This document shows, piece after piece, positions 14,093 to 27,338 of a DNA stretch of 64,000 nucleotides; positions within the stretch are counted from its first letter, which is position 1, and the number at the start of each line of letters is the position of its first letter. Source of the stretch: Octopus vulgaris (Eukaryota); contig OX597822.1 in NCBI GenBank assembly GCA_951406725.2, forward strand, positions 868,001 to 932,000, in the 5' to 3' direction. The position numbers and the translations under genes were made by a program. The notes below the pieces were generated by a model. It searched no databases. It worked only from the letters and a program-made list of their open reading frames with translations, and was not told the origin of the DNA.

Positions 14093-14332
14093 AATATATA
14101 ATATAATACACACACACACACATATATATAAATATATATATAAAGAGAGAGAGAGAGATTGAGAGAGAAAGAGAGAGAAGGAGAGAGAGAGAGAAAGTGG
14201 TTTGTGTATGTATGTGTGCATGCGTGTGTGTGTATGTGTGTATATACATGCAAGTTGTAATTTATATCAGGAAATGCATCCATTGTGCAAGACTTTTCTG
14301 GGTTAAAACACTTAAAAATGTTGGATACATAA

Positions 14333-14414
<82 letters not shown>

Positions 14415-15559
14415 CCGGTTTGTAGGGTTTCCTAAGGGTTCGCATCCATAAGGCGCTTGTCTTTACATGCTTCTCGTTGCCGGGGGGTGGGTGGGTGTCT
14501 AGTGCTTGTTGTTCGTTGCTGGGTCGCAGTAAACATTTCTCACTAAATCAAGAGCTAAGTTTCTTATCACATTTCAGCCTGGGTCAGTTTTGTTGTTTAT
14601 GAGCCAAGTTGGAGCTTTTTATGAGAGTAATTAATATTCATTGGACTTGGGTTTTCACACCTGGAACGGCATAATCATGGAAAATCAGCGGGACTGTGCA
14701 CATGCCATTAGTCGGACAAAAAAGAAGGCAGTAAAAAGCGAAAAACTCGAATTTGGCCGTAAATAGCATGATTTTGAAAATACACATAATTTTCGTTTGT
14801 TGAGTTTTGATTTCACACCCAACCCAGTTCTGCGCAATCAGTGTCGCGACGGGAACGCATGGGTTGAGAGTTTGACTGGTAGAGGTGACCAAGTTGCACA
14901 TGCCAGCTCTTTTGACACCCCCCTCACCTAACGCCTTCGTCCTTTGAGTGAATAGCAATGGTGGGAAGAAAAGTGCTGATTCCGGCGAACAGGCAGAGCA
15001 ATTAGAGCACAAAAAACAGCATTCAAAGTGATTTTATGAGTATGACGCATTGAAGCAAGTAACGCAATAAGGTTAATAGTTATAAGTTCATGACGCATAG
15101 AAGCACGTAAGACATCAAGGTTAACTAAGGTATAAATAATAGGTATACCTTTTCGCTGGAAGGCTAATTTGGGCTTCCGATCCACTGAAACGGAGGAGGT
15201 TAGGTTCAGAACACAACTACACCTACAACTAAAACCTAGACTACCCTTATGGAAGGGGGCTCGGGAGCCTCTAATAGGCAGCTTCTAATCCCGATCTATC
15301 ACTAACCCATCCTAGGGGTTCTAAATGACATGGCTGTAGAGGAAATTGGCCGGGGAGATGTGCATGGTGGGTTTGTTTCGGAGGAGGACGACTGCATTGG
15401 ATTAAAGGACCATTGAAGAATGTAGCTTTGGAGTTTCCTAACTTGTTAATTATTCCCTGCATTTCTCAAATAAAAAAAGCGTTCACGTTTGAAAGCCAAA
15501 ACACATGATAACGCGTCTTCGCAAAACACAAAAATGCGCTGAGTCATACAGACTGTCTG

Positions 15560-15825
15560 CAAATGCGCATGCGCATTCAATTGTCAAGGGTAAATTTTTA
15601 TGTTTTAGCGATTTTGAATGGATATGCGCAGAAATTATGGGCATAAGGGGTCTGTTTATCGAATTTTTTAATGGCTTTCTGGGGTGACTGGGGAAATGAA
15701 AAGGTCTTTATGACCCCGCTCAGACAGCTTTGAAAACCGATAGGAAATGCGAGCTTTTAACGTGAAAAACTGTGGAATTGTATAAAGGACACACAGACAC
15801 ACAGGTACAGAGACATTTTGCCGTT

Positions 15826-15830
<5 letters not shown>
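15560..15830 (-). mobile_element. Helitron-like non-autonomous element, end segment (other boundary unresolved)
   Basis: Homologous to 52240-52475 (GGGGTGACTGGGGAAATG ... TGTATAAAGGACAC ... CATTTTGCCGTTTATA). Confidence 0.6.
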
Positions 15831-15909
<79 letters not shown>

Positions 15910-15911
15910 TG

Positions 15912-15956
<45 letters not shown>

Positions 15957-16009
15957 GTTTAAATATTTGTTGTGCTATATTTGGCTAAACTGGCAATATG
16001 ACCATTCCG

Positions 16010-16054
<45 letters not shown>

Positions 16055-16732
16055 TATTTATAATTTTTCCTTGGATGCAGCGTATGCATTGTTGAAAAAA
16101 TACCTTGCCAACTCATATTTCTTATTAAGTTATGTTTCCTGGAGAAGGAGGAACAGAAATGTGCCCCGAGATGGATTCCCTATTCCATGTCAGGACGTAT
16201 GGACACACACACACACATGCTGACATATCTATCCTCCAAACTTAATTACTGACTTATTGCTCAAACGAAATATATTGAAATTTTTCCATGAATTTCTGTA
16301 CCTGAAATACTTTAACTGAAGAAGGTTTAACTAGAGGATGCGTTTCGATTTATATTATGTAAAACAGAAACGTTCGTATAAAATGATTTCAAAATATCAC
16401 TATTTGGTTTGACTTCATTATATCTGCTAATGCGACTCTATGCCTTCACACTCGTATGTATACGTATATGTGGCGGAGAACATTACTTTTAAGTGTAACT
16501 ATATCACTGAAGTAACGTACAATCTTATACCTTCAGCCTATATTTTGTTCATTCTTTATATGAAATAGAAAATTAAGTCAACGAAAGAACGGATTGCAGG
16601 CTTTCTCGATCTCATAGATTTAGCAAGCAAGTTTCTCTCAAATATAACGCTGCTTTCTTAAACCACCAAGAAAGTACAGCCATGTATATATTATTTCCTC
16701 ACATGGAAGAAATAATATATACATACACGTGC

Positions 16733-16842
<110 letters not shown>

Positions 16843-16964
16843 ACACATTTAAATTTTTTTCTTATTTGTTTCAGTTATTAGACCGCAACTGTAGCATCAC
16901 CTTGGAAGGTTTAATGGATCAAATGAACTCCAGTACTTCCTTCGTTTTTTTCTTCTTTCTTTAT

Positions 16965-17205
16965 AATAGACCATAAAAGACAGTTCAAAGCAGATGAGAC
17001 CAAATCTGATAAAACCAGAACTGACTGCAACAGACTAAAAGAGACTAGACTAGATCAGATAAGACCAAGCCAGAGTTAAGCATACGAGGTAAGACCATGT
17101 TAGACCATGTCAGAATAAGCCAGTCCAGATGTGAACAAAGCAGATCAGACCAGATTAGACTAGATCAGGCCAGACAAGGTAGACCGGGCAAGACCAAGCC
17201 AGACT
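16965..17205. repeat. Degenerate pentamer repeat (AGACC/AGACT)n
   Basis: 5-bp periodic AGACY units. Confidence 0.75.
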
Positions 17206-17814
17206 TGTCATTCACTCTAACAAGTGAAAATGCTATGGAGCAGTTATAATAGCTAAATGTTTAGTTGTTGAGTGAAATGGTGAAAAAAAAAAATGTGTTT
17301 TTATGCATGATATGTTCTCGACAAGAAAATGTTGCTTAATTTTGCTGCCAAACGGAGTAATTCATCCATTTTGTTGCCGTCAGAAAGAGACGTGTTGCAG
17401 TATTTTAAAAATTGTTCTGTAAATAGCTGACATTGGCAACACATCAATGGAGGTGTTTGGAAATTAGATGGGATGAGAGACGGGGAGTCCAGTTGAAGAT
17501 ATGTTTAGTATATGGGAGCGTATAGCGCCTGAGTATCTATTGACAACAATTCGTGCATCTGTATCTTTGTCATAGGCATTTGTGCATTTATGCATAAAGT
17601 GATGTAGACAAACAAATCAAGCACAAATACATAAGCGTACAATCTCCCTTTTGTGTTTAAAATATATGTATGTGTGTGTGTGTGTGTGTGTGTGTGGATG
17701 TGTATGTGTATGTGTATGTGTGTATGAGGTTGTATGTGTGTGTGTGAGTGTGCATTTATGCATACATATACATATTCATATATTTTTGTATATGTGAGTA
17801 TTAATGCGTGTGTG

Positions 17815-17892
<78 letters not shown>

Positions 17893-17894
<2 letters not shown>

Positions 17895-18057
17895 CGCATG
17901 GGCGGCTGTGTGGTAAATAGGTTGCTTACCAACCACATGGTTCCAGGTTCAGTCCCACTGCGTGGCACCATGGGCAAGTGTCTTCTGCTATAGCCTCGGG
18001 TCGACCAATGCCTTGTGAGTGGATTTGGTAGACGGAAACTGCAAAAAGCCCATCGTA

Positions 18058-18100
<43 letters not shown>

Positions 18101-18353
18101 TTGTGTGTGTGTTTGTCCTCACAACATCGCGGTGAGCTGGCAGAAACGTTAGCACGCCGGGCGAAATGCTTAGAGGTATTTCGTCTGCCGTTACGTTATG
18201 AGTTCAAACTCCGCTGAAGTCGACTTTGCCTTTCATCTTTTTGGGGTCGATAAATCAAGTACCAGTTAAACACTGGGGTCAATGTGCTCGACTAAAGGCG
18301 GTGCTCCAGCATGGCCGCAGTCAAATGACTGAAACAAGTCAAAGAGTAAAAAG
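17893..18353 (+). mobile_element. SINE family B with a family A segment inside
   Basis: B head GGCGCATGGGCGGCTGTGTGGTAA; A segment 18130-18281; B tail GCTCGACTAAAGGCGGTGCTCCAGC. Confidence 0.82.
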
Positions 18354-18566
18354 ATATATATATACATATATGTGTGTGTGTATATATATATATATATATA
18401 GGGTCAGGCTGTGTAGAAAGAAGTTTGCTTCCCATCCACATAGTTCCAGGTTCAGTCGTACTGTGTGGCACCTTGGGCAAGTCTCTCTTACTCTAGCCTC
18501 GTGTTGAACAAAGCCTAGTGTGTGTATTAGTGATACAGAAACTGAAACAAGCCCGTCGTATATATA

Positions 18567-19330
18567 AAACTTAGATATGTTTCGACCAAAGTTTGGTCCA
18601 GGCCATGTCTAACTTAATAGCACCACCTGATAGGATTATCTAAATCCTGTTAAGTCAAGTTTTGTTTATGGTCCATTCAAGTAGTGAGTTTTTGTTGGAT
18701 GAGTTGTATCCAATTATGGGTGGCTTATCTGGTATTCTTTGAAGGAATCTATCCAGACTCCGTTTAAAGTTGATGGGATCCTTTTCCTCTTTGATCTCAT
18801 TCGGGACAATGTTAAATAGGGCAGGGCCTGTTGAGGAAAAGAAATTATGTTGCAGTGTACATGTATGTCGTGATCTTGAATTGGGCAGGGGATGTATGGC
18901 CCGTGGTCCCAGTCTTGGATGAACCTTGAAGCTAATGTTCAGGTCGTTTGGGCAAATTTGGCGGTATATTCTCCACATCGTACAAATGATGTACCGCTCA
19001 CGGGGACGCTGGAGAGAGTAGACTTTCAAGGCTTTAAGGCGGTCCCAATAATCGAGAGCAGCCATGCCTTCAATTCGTTTAGTGAGTGCCCTATGGGGAG
19101 ACCACAGTGGGCAGCAGTATTCGAGGTGTGGCCGTACAAAGGAGGAGAAAAGTGGTATGATGACACCTTGTTCTCTGGACCTGGAAAGTTCTTAAGATCC
19201 AGGAACTCATCCGACGAGCTATATCGACCTTATTGTTGATGTGTGCGCTCCAACTGAGATCGTCATCAACAATTACATCCAGGTCTCTGATATTGTTAGA
19301 GGCTGTGAGCGGTTCCCCTGAAGGAAGAGA
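18567..19330 (-). mobile_element. CR1/L2-group LINE 3' fragment
   Basis: ORFs 18655..19065 and 19091..19372 (IRDLDVIVDDDLSWSAHI; LDYWDRLKALK); same family as 13443; sits in the (TA) region of a SINE B copy. Confidence 0.88.
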
Positions 19331-19551
19331 TATATATAAATATATATTATCAATAATTAAGGGTAAAATCAATTAGTTATTAATTAATTTCACCAAGTAG
19401 TGTTCAGTATGTAAAAGGACCATTCAAGGCATATTCAAAATAAATTACTTTGCCACATACTGAAATTTTTAGAAATAGCAGCCAAAAAGTTTTTTAGCTA
19501 TTTCCACTACTTTAAGAAAAAGTCCCCCAGATAGTGTTTACTCAAAAATAA

Positions 19552-19598
<47 letters not shown>

Positions 19599-19971
19599 GT
19601 GTGTGTATGCGTGTTCTGTGTGTTTGTGCGTGTGTGTGTGTGTCTTTGCATATGTGTTTGTCCCTCACTACTTCTTGACAACTAGTGTTGGTGTGGTTAC
19701 GTCCATGTAACTTAGCGGTCCGGGAAAGTGACCGATAGGGTAAGTACTAGGATTTACTAAAGAATATTGCGATCTAGGGTCGATAATTTCGACTAAAGTT
19801 CCTCAACGCAGTGCCCCAGCATGGCTGCAGTCTAATCACTGAAACAACTAACAGTTAAAAGAACAGATAAACGAATATATATATATATGTATGTATATAT
19901 ATATAAATTAACGGCGGTGCATCAGCATGGCCGCAGCTCTGAGCTGAAACAAAAAAAAATATATGTATGTG

Positions 19972-20003
<32 letters not shown>

Positions 20004-20008
<5 letters not shown>

Positions 20009-20568
20009 TTTAACAATTAAGGATAATCTCTTAATAAGGGATCTTACTTTGTCCCTCCTAGTGTGAGGCATTTATGTGTAATAATGCCCTCTATAAATAT
20101 AGATATAATTAATTTGTTCAAAAGAAAAAATTATTTTCGGATTCTTTTCTTTATGAGGTTTTCACGCTAGCTACCCGATAATTTCTTGTTAAGATCCCTT
20201 ATTAAGAGATTATCCTTAATTGTTAAACTTATTCCGAAATACTTTTCATTACCCGACATGCAGTTCGTAAAAAGCCCGCCATTTACCGGATATATGATTT
20301 ATAAACATTCCATGTGCTTGGCCGGAGTGAGCAGTTGTCTGTTCGTCTTCGCTACGTAAGGTTGGTAGTTTATTTATGATGTGTTCAGAATCAGTTCTGC
20401 TGACGATCATTAGACGCAAGTTGTATGTGAAATCACGGTGATACAGAATAAATTCATTTTTTAAATGTCTTGCTTTGAAAAACTGCATTTGGGTGTGATT
20501 AGTATAATTTTGGTAGTAATGACTTTGTCCCTCTAGTGTGAGGCATTTATATATATATGCCCTCTATA
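20004..20568 (+). mobile_element. Non-coding hammerhead-bearing element (retrozyme/Penelope-type) with terminal direct repeat and 5' inversion
   Basis: Direct repeat 20046-20095 / 20522-20568; inverted repeat 20004-20046 / 20190-20232; HHR at 20394; (TA)n flanks; homologous to 62474-62830. Confidence 0.75.
20394..20449 (+). ncRNA. Type I hammerhead ribozyme (stem II closing pair mismatched)
   Basis: GTTCTG-CTGACGA-tCAT..ATGt-GAAA-TCAC g GTGA-TA-CAGAAT. Confidence 0.7.
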
Positions 20569-20592
20569 CAATATATATATATATATATATAC

Positions 20593-20676
<84 letters not shown>

Positions 20677-20806
20677 ATAAATATTAGGGAATAAATCCAA
20701 ATTTACAGGGAAAAATCAGATTTAGGATTGAATCCAATTTTATAGTAAAATATTATATTATATTAATTAGAGACAAAACCACTATTATGCATGTTTTGTC
20801 TCTAAT

Positions 20807-20903
<97 letters not shown>

Positions 20904-21042
20904 TATATATATATAATTTACAAGATAGGGGCAAAAAAAAATTCTAATGCCAAATATGCCGAAAAAAAGACAATAATTGTCAATAACCATTATATTTTAT
21001 GCGCCTCGAAACAAACCGATAGAAATCTCTAAAAATTCGTTA

Positions 21043-21103
21043 TTACCGTATTGGAACAATTTCGGGGTTAATTCGTAAGAAATGTTCCCCTGTGCAGCGG
21101 CAA
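21043..21103 (-). ncRNA. Degenerate type I hammerhead ribozyme
   Basis: Minus strand: TTGCCG-CTGcAcA-GGGG..CCCC-GAAA-TTG ttc CAA-TA-CGGTAA; three stems pair, two core substitutions. Confidence 0.6.
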
Positions 21104-22039
21104 ATACGCAAGATATAAGTGAAATACTTACTCACACCCATGGAAAAAGCAAGCACTAAGTCCTGAGCAGAACTAAGTACCCCAAATATATCCAAAATAG
21201 AAAAATCTTCGGCACATCTCGAGACACATGTGATTCGAACTAGAAACTTTCACAGAGTGATAGAATCCGGAACTGAACACTATTTAATTTATAACTAATG
21301 TAGGATAAATTTTTTTTCGGGAATGTTTGTGTCTTTGTTTGTCCCCCTAGTATTGCTTGACAACCGATTCTAGTGTGTTTATGTCCCCGTCACTTAGTGG
21401 TTCGGCAAAAGACCCGATAGAACAGGTACTGGGCTTACAAAAAATAAATCCCGGGGTCGATTTGCTCGACTAAAGGTGGTGCTCAAATGACTGAAACAAG
21501 TAAAAGAGATATATATATGTATATATACCAACATTTCTCAATCTATCTCAACAGAATAAATAGGCCATTGTGTGTGTGTGTGTGTATGTATATACTTTTA
21601 ACTTTTATTTCTTTCAGGGACTGGACCTCGGTCATACTAGAGCACTGTTTAGTGTTTTCATCGATCTAACTTACCTTGATCCTTCGTTCAGTCTGGAATT
21701 TATCTTATGTTTCTGTATGTAACCGAGTGGCTGTTTCTTATAGCTTTTGACATCAACGTCTGTCTTATTTTAACCGCGTTGCTGTGACGAACGTAAATGA
21801 AGCACGCCTGTACAGACGGTATTATATCCTGACTCTTTATATTCTGTGTTCAACTCTCATCAACGATAATTTCGCCTATCAATTTTCTGAGGTCGATAAA
21901 ATGAACTGTTGCTTTTCTAAAAATGTCTTGTCTTGTGTCTGATTTGAAACAGTTATTATTCATGAAGTTTATTTCAATTCAGTATTACCAAAATATTTTT
22001 TTCAGTAAATTGAAAAGCAGTAAACAGTCCGTAGATTTT

Positions 22040-22700
22040 AGTTTCAAAATTTGGCACAGGACTAGAAAGTTAGTGGGATAAGTCGATTACATTGACCCCA
22101 GTACTCAACTGGTACTTATCGACTCTGAAAGGCTGAAAGCCAAAAATTGACGCAGGCGGAATTTGAACTCTACCTAATGACGGACGAAATGCCGCCTAGC
22201 ATTTTGCCCGGCGTACTAACGATTCTGCCATTTTACCGCCTTAAGCTGTCAATAGATATTCTTTTCTACTCTAGGCTCGAAATTTTTCGGGAAGGGGGCC
22301 AGTCGATAAGATCGACCCCTGTACGCAACTGGTACTTAATTTATCAACCCCAAAAGGATGAATGGCTAAGTCGACTTCCGCGGAATTTGAACACAGAACG
22401 TAAATACAGACGAAATACCTATTTCTTTACTACCCACAAGGGGCTAAACACAGATGGAACAAACAAGGACAGACAAACGGATTAAGTCGATTACATTGAC
22501 CCCAGTGCGGAACTGGTACTTATTTAATCGACCCTGAAAGGATGAAAGGCAAAGTCGACCTCGGCGGAATTAGAACTTAGAACGTAACGGCAGACGAAAT
22601 ACGGCTACGCATTTCGCCCGGCGTGCTAACGTTTCTGCCAGCTCTCCGCCTTTTTTAAAATTTTAGCACAAGGCCAGCAATTTCTGGGGAGGGGATAAAG
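22040..22700 (-). mobile_element. Cluster of SINE family A units
   Basis: Three cores in the same orientation. Confidence 0.85.
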
Positions 22701-23123
22701 CTGTCAGTAGATATTGAAAGGCCTCCCTGTAAACATTACGATACACACTTTACGATATAAGCATTGTCTTTCAGACACGAATTATTGCTTCCGTGTTCCT
22801 GCTAAACCGGAACAGGTGAAACAACGTAAATTAATGATGTGAAAGCGTGATATCTGACAAACTAATTAACAGAAACAATTAAGATATTGTATTCAGTAAT
22901 CATAATTTTTAATTATTACATTATTTAGGAAATAGAACTGTTGTGCGTACATTAAATTCTCTTGCGGGTAGCTTCTGTGCATAAGTACACAGTTTAGTGT
23001 TGGGATTCCCATCCGTGTTTTCCGAACTCCACCGGAAATGCGAGATAGTATTTCATTGTTTGCAATATAGGAAGAAAATATATACTTTATTAAATTCGCT
23101 TTTCAAAAAACAACTGTAAACTA

Positions 23124-23375
23124 TGGCGTAGTGGTTAAGAGCGCGGCTACTAGCCCCAAGATTCGGAGTTCGATTCCAGGCAGTGACCTGAATAATAATA
23201 ATAACATCGAAAAATACCTTAGGAATGAGAACTCAGGTTCGAAATTTCCCCAAGACACCTGATGAAGGCTGGAGGGTATATCAGCCGAAACGTTATGTTA
23301 ACAACAAACAAGATGAGGACAAATATCCGTCAATTGTAAATAATATATATAATTCCTCATCTCTTAAATATAGAG
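23124..23375 (+). mobile_element. tRNA-headed SINE containing a hammerhead ribozyme
   Basis: A box TGGCGTAGTGG, B box GAGTTCGATTCC; HHR 23254-23299; flanking direct repeat CTGTAAACTA (23114-23123 / 23376-23385). Confidence 0.8.
23254..23299 (+). ncRNA. Minimal type I hammerhead ribozyme
   Basis: GACAC-CTGATGA-a-GGCTG..CAGCC-GAAA-CG-TT-aTGTT; palindromic AACGTT stem III; one stem I mismatch. Confidence 0.75.
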
Positions 23376-24539
23376 CTGTAAACTAACTCTTAAAAACAAT
23401 TTTCATCTATCAAATACACTGAGGACAATTATTATTCAACATGTATAGCTTTTTAACCTTCGTAGGTAGAAAAATTGCTATTGATTTCTATGTTTACAGA
23501 TTTTTTACTAAGCGCGTAATTGACATTTGCAGTGAGATAATGGAGTGAAATCAAAAGTTTAATTTTCAAGTTCAACTTGTTGGCCAACGGCAATGTATGC
23601 AGATCGATTAAAAAGACAAATTGTTATTGGAAAATATACTTTTCATTTAAAATGTGATATTACATCCAAAGGGGATGCGAACATTAATCAATCTTTTCTT
23701 GTGTGGTGCATAGAAAAGTTTGAGAATCGCTGGCTTGGAGAAGACAGTGTGTCTTACTGAGTGGAACTGATGTTTATAAACTACTGCATCTCCTATAGCA
23801 AACAAATGGACAGAGAAAGTACAACAGTTTAGGTAAATCTGAAGGATAGATACCAAGAAAAATATACTTTTCTGAAGAGTTTCTGCTTGTCTGAACTGAC
23901 ATCTCCATCAGGTTTTCTTTTATGCCAGCTCTACTCCAGCCCCAAATGCACACCTTCCACGTATAAAACATGTTGCATTTTACCCGACATCTGCTAACAT
24001 AAATGAAATGGATGAATTAGGAAATCTTTCAAATACATATCAAAGCAATGCTCCTTTAAAGAATCGTCTATTCAAGCAAAACAACATCCGATTTACGCTT
24101 TTCTTCCTTCAAATTAAATTTCGTGTTTTCTATATTTTTTTGTTTTGTTTCTACTCTTTTTATTTCTCCTTACAATGTGTCTTTCTCTTTTTTTTAGTTG
24201 TATTTATTTTGTTTTGCGTATTATCATTTATTTAGACGATCGGATCATCTTGGTACGTTCCGTCAGTTTTTGGCCCGTTCTCTTCTAGTAGTCTTTTTAT
24301 AGCGCGTTAATCACCCTTCATTGGCTATGTCAGTTAGTTGTCAGTAGGAGATGATTTTCCATCAATCCCCTCTCACGCCAGTCTTTTCTACAACACAGGT
24401 ATTTTTCGCCAGGCAGTGGATATTTATATTACGATACATTGAGATACAGACAATAATTAACAAAACAAAACCATTATTACTAACATGTGTATACATCCAT
24501 ATATATATATATATATATATTTCCAAACGCATATACATA

Positions 24540-24543
24540 TCTG

Positions 24544-24617
<74 letters not shown>

Positions 24618-24721
24618 ATCCATCCATCCATCCATCCATCCATCCATCCATCCATCCATCCATCCATCCATCCATCCATCCATCCATCCATCCATCCATC
24701 CATCCATCCATCCATCCATCC

Positions 24722-24772
<51 letters not shown>

Positions 24773-24785
24773 CATCCATCCATCC

Positions 24786-24844
<59 letters not shown>

Positions 24845-24845
24845 C

Positions 24846-24879
<34 letters not shown>

Positions 24880-24880
24880 T
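24540..24880. repeat. (ATCT)n/(ATCC)n microsatellite
   Basis: Direct reading. Confidence 0.97.
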
Positions 24881-26705
24881 TCTTTGAGCATTTATCAGCT
24901 AAGCTTTTTTTACGGTAATTCTCCCATAAGATCTTATCTTATGTAAGTGGCAAGTACCAAACTGTTACCAAACATTTGATCCTTAGTTTCATGTGTACCA
25001 CATTCCTAGGAATGTACTGCGAGTGGGGAACCTTAAAAATGTGATAATTAAGCACGAAAAAAATGATTAGGAGAATGTCACGATACTTGAAACCAGAACT
25101 ACTATTATAGTAGTCTGAGAGGTTTTCCCGACTCTACATAGTTGATTCAAGATTGTAAGCGCCGAATTGGGTTAGTTGGTAGATCGTCGGATAGAATACC
25201 TCGCGGTATTTGTTCTCACGGTATTTTTGCAAAATTTGAAGGCCACCGAGACCAACTTTGTCTTTTCATCCTGTCGGCGCTGATAAAAATGTACCAGTCC
25301 AAATTGGATGATTGTCGGATCTGTAAAAAAAAAAATAAAAAAAAAAATTGGGGATCGAATGCCTTGTGATATTTGTTTCGATTCCTTGTGTCCTAAGTCT
25401 AACTATTGCCATGGCCAATTTGTGTAGTAGACGTAGTCCATAATCCGGTTTAACACCACAATCTAGTACCTTGGATAATTTTAGGGACCCCATCCCGTTA
25501 AGACCCTTTGTTTGAGAATAAGTTCCTCTCTTATTCCAATTACGCAGGCATTGTTAGAGGACCATGAGTACTACATTCCCTCCAAGCTAAAAGATATAAA
25601 ATGTTTTTTTAAATCAAATAGCAATGTATTAAAAACAGACTATAATATAAATGTGTTTACGATTGACACAGCACTGTAATATGTAAAAAGGTGTGCATTG
25701 AATTATATAAACCTCTTTACTGGAGAAAGCTTAATTTTATTGACTCAAGAAAGCTAAAAGGCATAAAGAATTTTGTCCCACAGCGGGCAAGTTTCTTTTA
25801 CTTTAGACTCGGGCCGACGTAACCCTAGTGAGAGAATTTCGTAGACGGAAACCCAAAGAAGCTTGTCTTATATATGAGTGTGTGTGTGTGTGTGTGTGTG
25901 TGTGCGGCGAGATATATTAAGACATTAATACATTACATTACTATTCCTGATACTCTATACACTCTATCATTTCTGATATTCTACACGCTCTAGACAGTGG
26001 CAGCGATGGGAGTATGCGACGTTGAAACTCTGATACTCCACATATGTCACTACCTGCGTTACTCCCTACACTACCAGATCTAATATATATATATATTCTA
26101 CCATCGATTCTACCCACCCCCACACTAACGTCTCTGAAATTCTACACGCTTCCACCTCTACTAGTCTTGGTACATCACATCTCTGGTATTTCATGCCAAT
26201 CTTCGCTCTGTCCTCTCTGATATCCCTTACACTCTAACATCCCCGTTTTACCAAGCAGTCTGTCAAAGTATTAGCTGAAGACGTTCTATCTTAGTTGTCT
26301 ACTGAATAAGCACAATGAAGAATTATGTGTTGAGAGATGTTCTTAAAAGTTTACGACTAATTCCAAGAACGGGGTCATGTTCCAATCTGAAACATCCCAA
26401 TAGGTGAACAAGTGATTTGAACTTCAAATAAATATATTAAAATTATGTTCCCAGCTGACGTCCCTCTTTCCAAACCAAAACAGACAGAACGCTATTGATT
26501 CTAATGATAAATAACGCCAGCTGCAAGCGAAAGACATCTAATATCAAATATTAGTTATGATGAATATTTAGTAGCACATCTATCATCTAAAGTATTGCGT
26601 AAGTTTTTCATATCTCAGCTCTATCTACATACATAAACACGTATAGATATGCAATTACCTACATGTGTGTACATTCGCAAATACCTACTCAGATACATGC
26701 ATGCA

Positions 26706-26998
26706 TACCTACCTACTACCTACCTACCTACCTACCTACTTACCTACCTACCTACCTACCTACCTACCTACCTACCTACCTACCTACCTACCTACTTATC
26801 TACCTACCTACCTACCTACCTACCTACCTACCTACCTACCTACCTACCTACCTACCTACCCTACCTACCTACCTACCTACCTACTTACCTACCTACCTAC
26901 CTACCTACCTACCTACCTACCTACTACCTACTACCTACCTACCTACCTACCTACCTACCTACCTACCTACCTACCTACTTATCTACCTACCTACCTAC
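26706..26998. repeat. (CCTA)n microsatellite
   Basis: Direct reading. Confidence 0.97.
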
Positions 26999-27257
26999 AT
27001 GCATATATGCAAGCGTATATATACGTAACAGGTGGTCGATTGGCAGAGTTGTTAAAGACTCGGATAGGATGTCTTGCGATGTTCATTTTGGCTCTCTTGG
27101 TTCAAATCCCGCTGAGGGCAACGTTGCACTTCCTTCTTTCAAGATCTATCATTATAGAATTCGTTAAGTATTAGGATCAATTTATCTCTCTGTATTTTTC
27201 TCACCCACTGGAAGAAATCCGATGTCTGTAGGCCAGCAGAGGGATGACTTGCACCGT

Positions 27258-27338
27258 ACAGTTCTATATTTAAGAGATGAGGAATTATGTACATTATTTA
27301 CATTATTTACATTGTAAATAATGTAAATAATGTAAATA
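27258..27338 (-). mobile_element. Truncated 3' end of the 23124 SINE family, with fold-back and 11-bp TSD
   Basis: Reverse complement matches the 23336-23379 tail; TSD ACTTGCACCGT at 27247-27257 / 27339-27349. Confidence 0.8.

Noticed and set aside
19371-19412. Minus-strand CTGAACA...GAAATTAATTAATA as a hammerhead
   Set aside because: Core is mutated and stem I is absent.
23124-23190. Functional tRNA gene
   Set aside because: A and B boxes are present but there is no acceptor stem or cloverleaf; it is a SINE head. The same applies to the other SINE heads.
23640-24000. Host exon
   Set aside because: Complex sequence but short frames and no recognisable protein motif.
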